Origin: Trichinella spiralis
Taxonomy: Eukaryota
Assembly (NCBI RefSeq): GCF_000181795.1
Contig: NW_003526941.1
Coordinates: 8,486,495-8,543,085, forward strand
Length of the DNA: 56,591 nucleotides
Direction: 5' to 3'
Shown here: in pieces, positions 55,940 through 56,591 of the stretch
Layout of the letters: every line of letters starts with the position of its first letter
How positions within the stretch are numbered: position 1 is the stretch's first letter
Notes under the pieces: generated by a model
What the model was told of the DNA's origin: nothing
Database searches by the model: none
What the model saw: only the letters and a program-made list of their open reading frames with translations
Made by a program: the position numbers and the translations under genes

Positions 55940-56245
55940 CAAAGTAAGTGGATAAAGTAATGCAGGTAAGTAGAATCGAAGCGGATATATTAAAGTGCGT
56001 ACAGGTAAATGGATTGCAGGTAAGTACTGAAGGTAAGTACAATAATGTAAGGTGCAGGTGAGTAAAATGAAAAGGTAAGTTGTGCAGGTAAGTATAAAGA
56101 AGAATGATATCGTAGAGTAAAGTGGATTGAAGTTCGAGGTAAAGGTAAGTATGAGGCGTTACTCAAGGTAAAGGTAAGTATGAGGCGTTACTCAAGGTAA
56201 AGGTAAGTACGAGGCGTTACTGGGTAATTGCAGGACATGTAAGTA
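55940..56245 (+). repeat. Cluster of consensus 5' splice-site motifs, including a 29-bp tandem repeat (~56137-56221, ~3 copies)
   Basis: Ten exact GTAAGT plus one GTGAGT in ~300 bp, all on +. Unit AGGTAAAGGTAAGTATGAGGCGTTACTCA occurs about three times. Confidence 0.85.
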
Positions 56246-56287
56246 TCGAAGAGCCGGGTGATGAATTATGTAAATCTTCGAAAAAAA

Positions 56288-56591
56288 TACCTGAGGGAAT
56301 GCCTTGGGCATAGCCTGAAAATTTGCATATCCTCCTGAAGGCAAATATTGTGCAATAAAATGCTTTCGGCGTAGCCTGCGGTAATATGCAAATTTTTATT
56401 TGCCCTGGGGCATAGCCTGAGGCGACGCCTGCGGCTAAATTTCAAAAAATTTCAAAATTTCCAAAAATTGCCTGAGGCATAGCCCCAGGCATAGCCTGAG
56501 GGCAAATAAAATTTGCATATTACCCTGAGGCGATTAAAAATTTGCATAAAACCTCCCTGAGGGCAAATATTGTGCTATAAATTGCATGGGG
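56288..56591. repeat. Palindromic GCCN3-4GGC / ATTTGCAT motif array with an internal inverted repeat, running off the window end
   Basis: GCCN3-4GGC at 56301, 56402, 56415, 56427, 56470, 56482, 56494. Octamer at 56321, 56386, 56511, 56540. Inverted repeat 56380-56405 / 56500-56524. Confidence 0.85.

Noticed and set aside
54300..56591. CRISPR array or telomeric repeat
   Set aside because: Eukaryotic context, repeats not identical, no cas genes. GCCTGA/GGCATA units are not tandem TTAGGC.

Overview
AT-rich, intron-containing eukaryotic DNA with short GT-AG introns and TTTCAG-type acceptors. Gene content and style suggest a clade I nematode such as Trichinella (inference, not proven). Protein genes assembled by eye are TPRKB/CGI-121 (-), testin (+), a predicted single-pass protein with ~10 kringle-like modules (+), a tight minus-strand run of GCP6-like, FRMD4, TMED10 and ABCC10/MRP7-like, an intronless orphan with a degenerate KH-like domain (+), MRPL23 (+), and a Pax3/7-like gene lacking the RED half of the paired domain (+). 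Other elements are a hAT/Charlie-type MITE with TIRs and TSD, a ~2.6 kb dispersed duplication around a 10-N gap, and microsatellites. The most unusual signals are: (1) a nematode-type histone 3' stem-loop 47 nt after the stop codon of the non-histone KH-like ORF; (2) a non-coding array at 54.3-55.75 kb of homologous ~70-110 nt units separated by about a dozen ultra-short (22-31 nt, mode 29) GT-AG intron-like spacers; (3) directly downstream, a 300-bp cluster of consensus 5' splice sites followed by a phased palindromic GCCN3GGC/octamer array at the window end.
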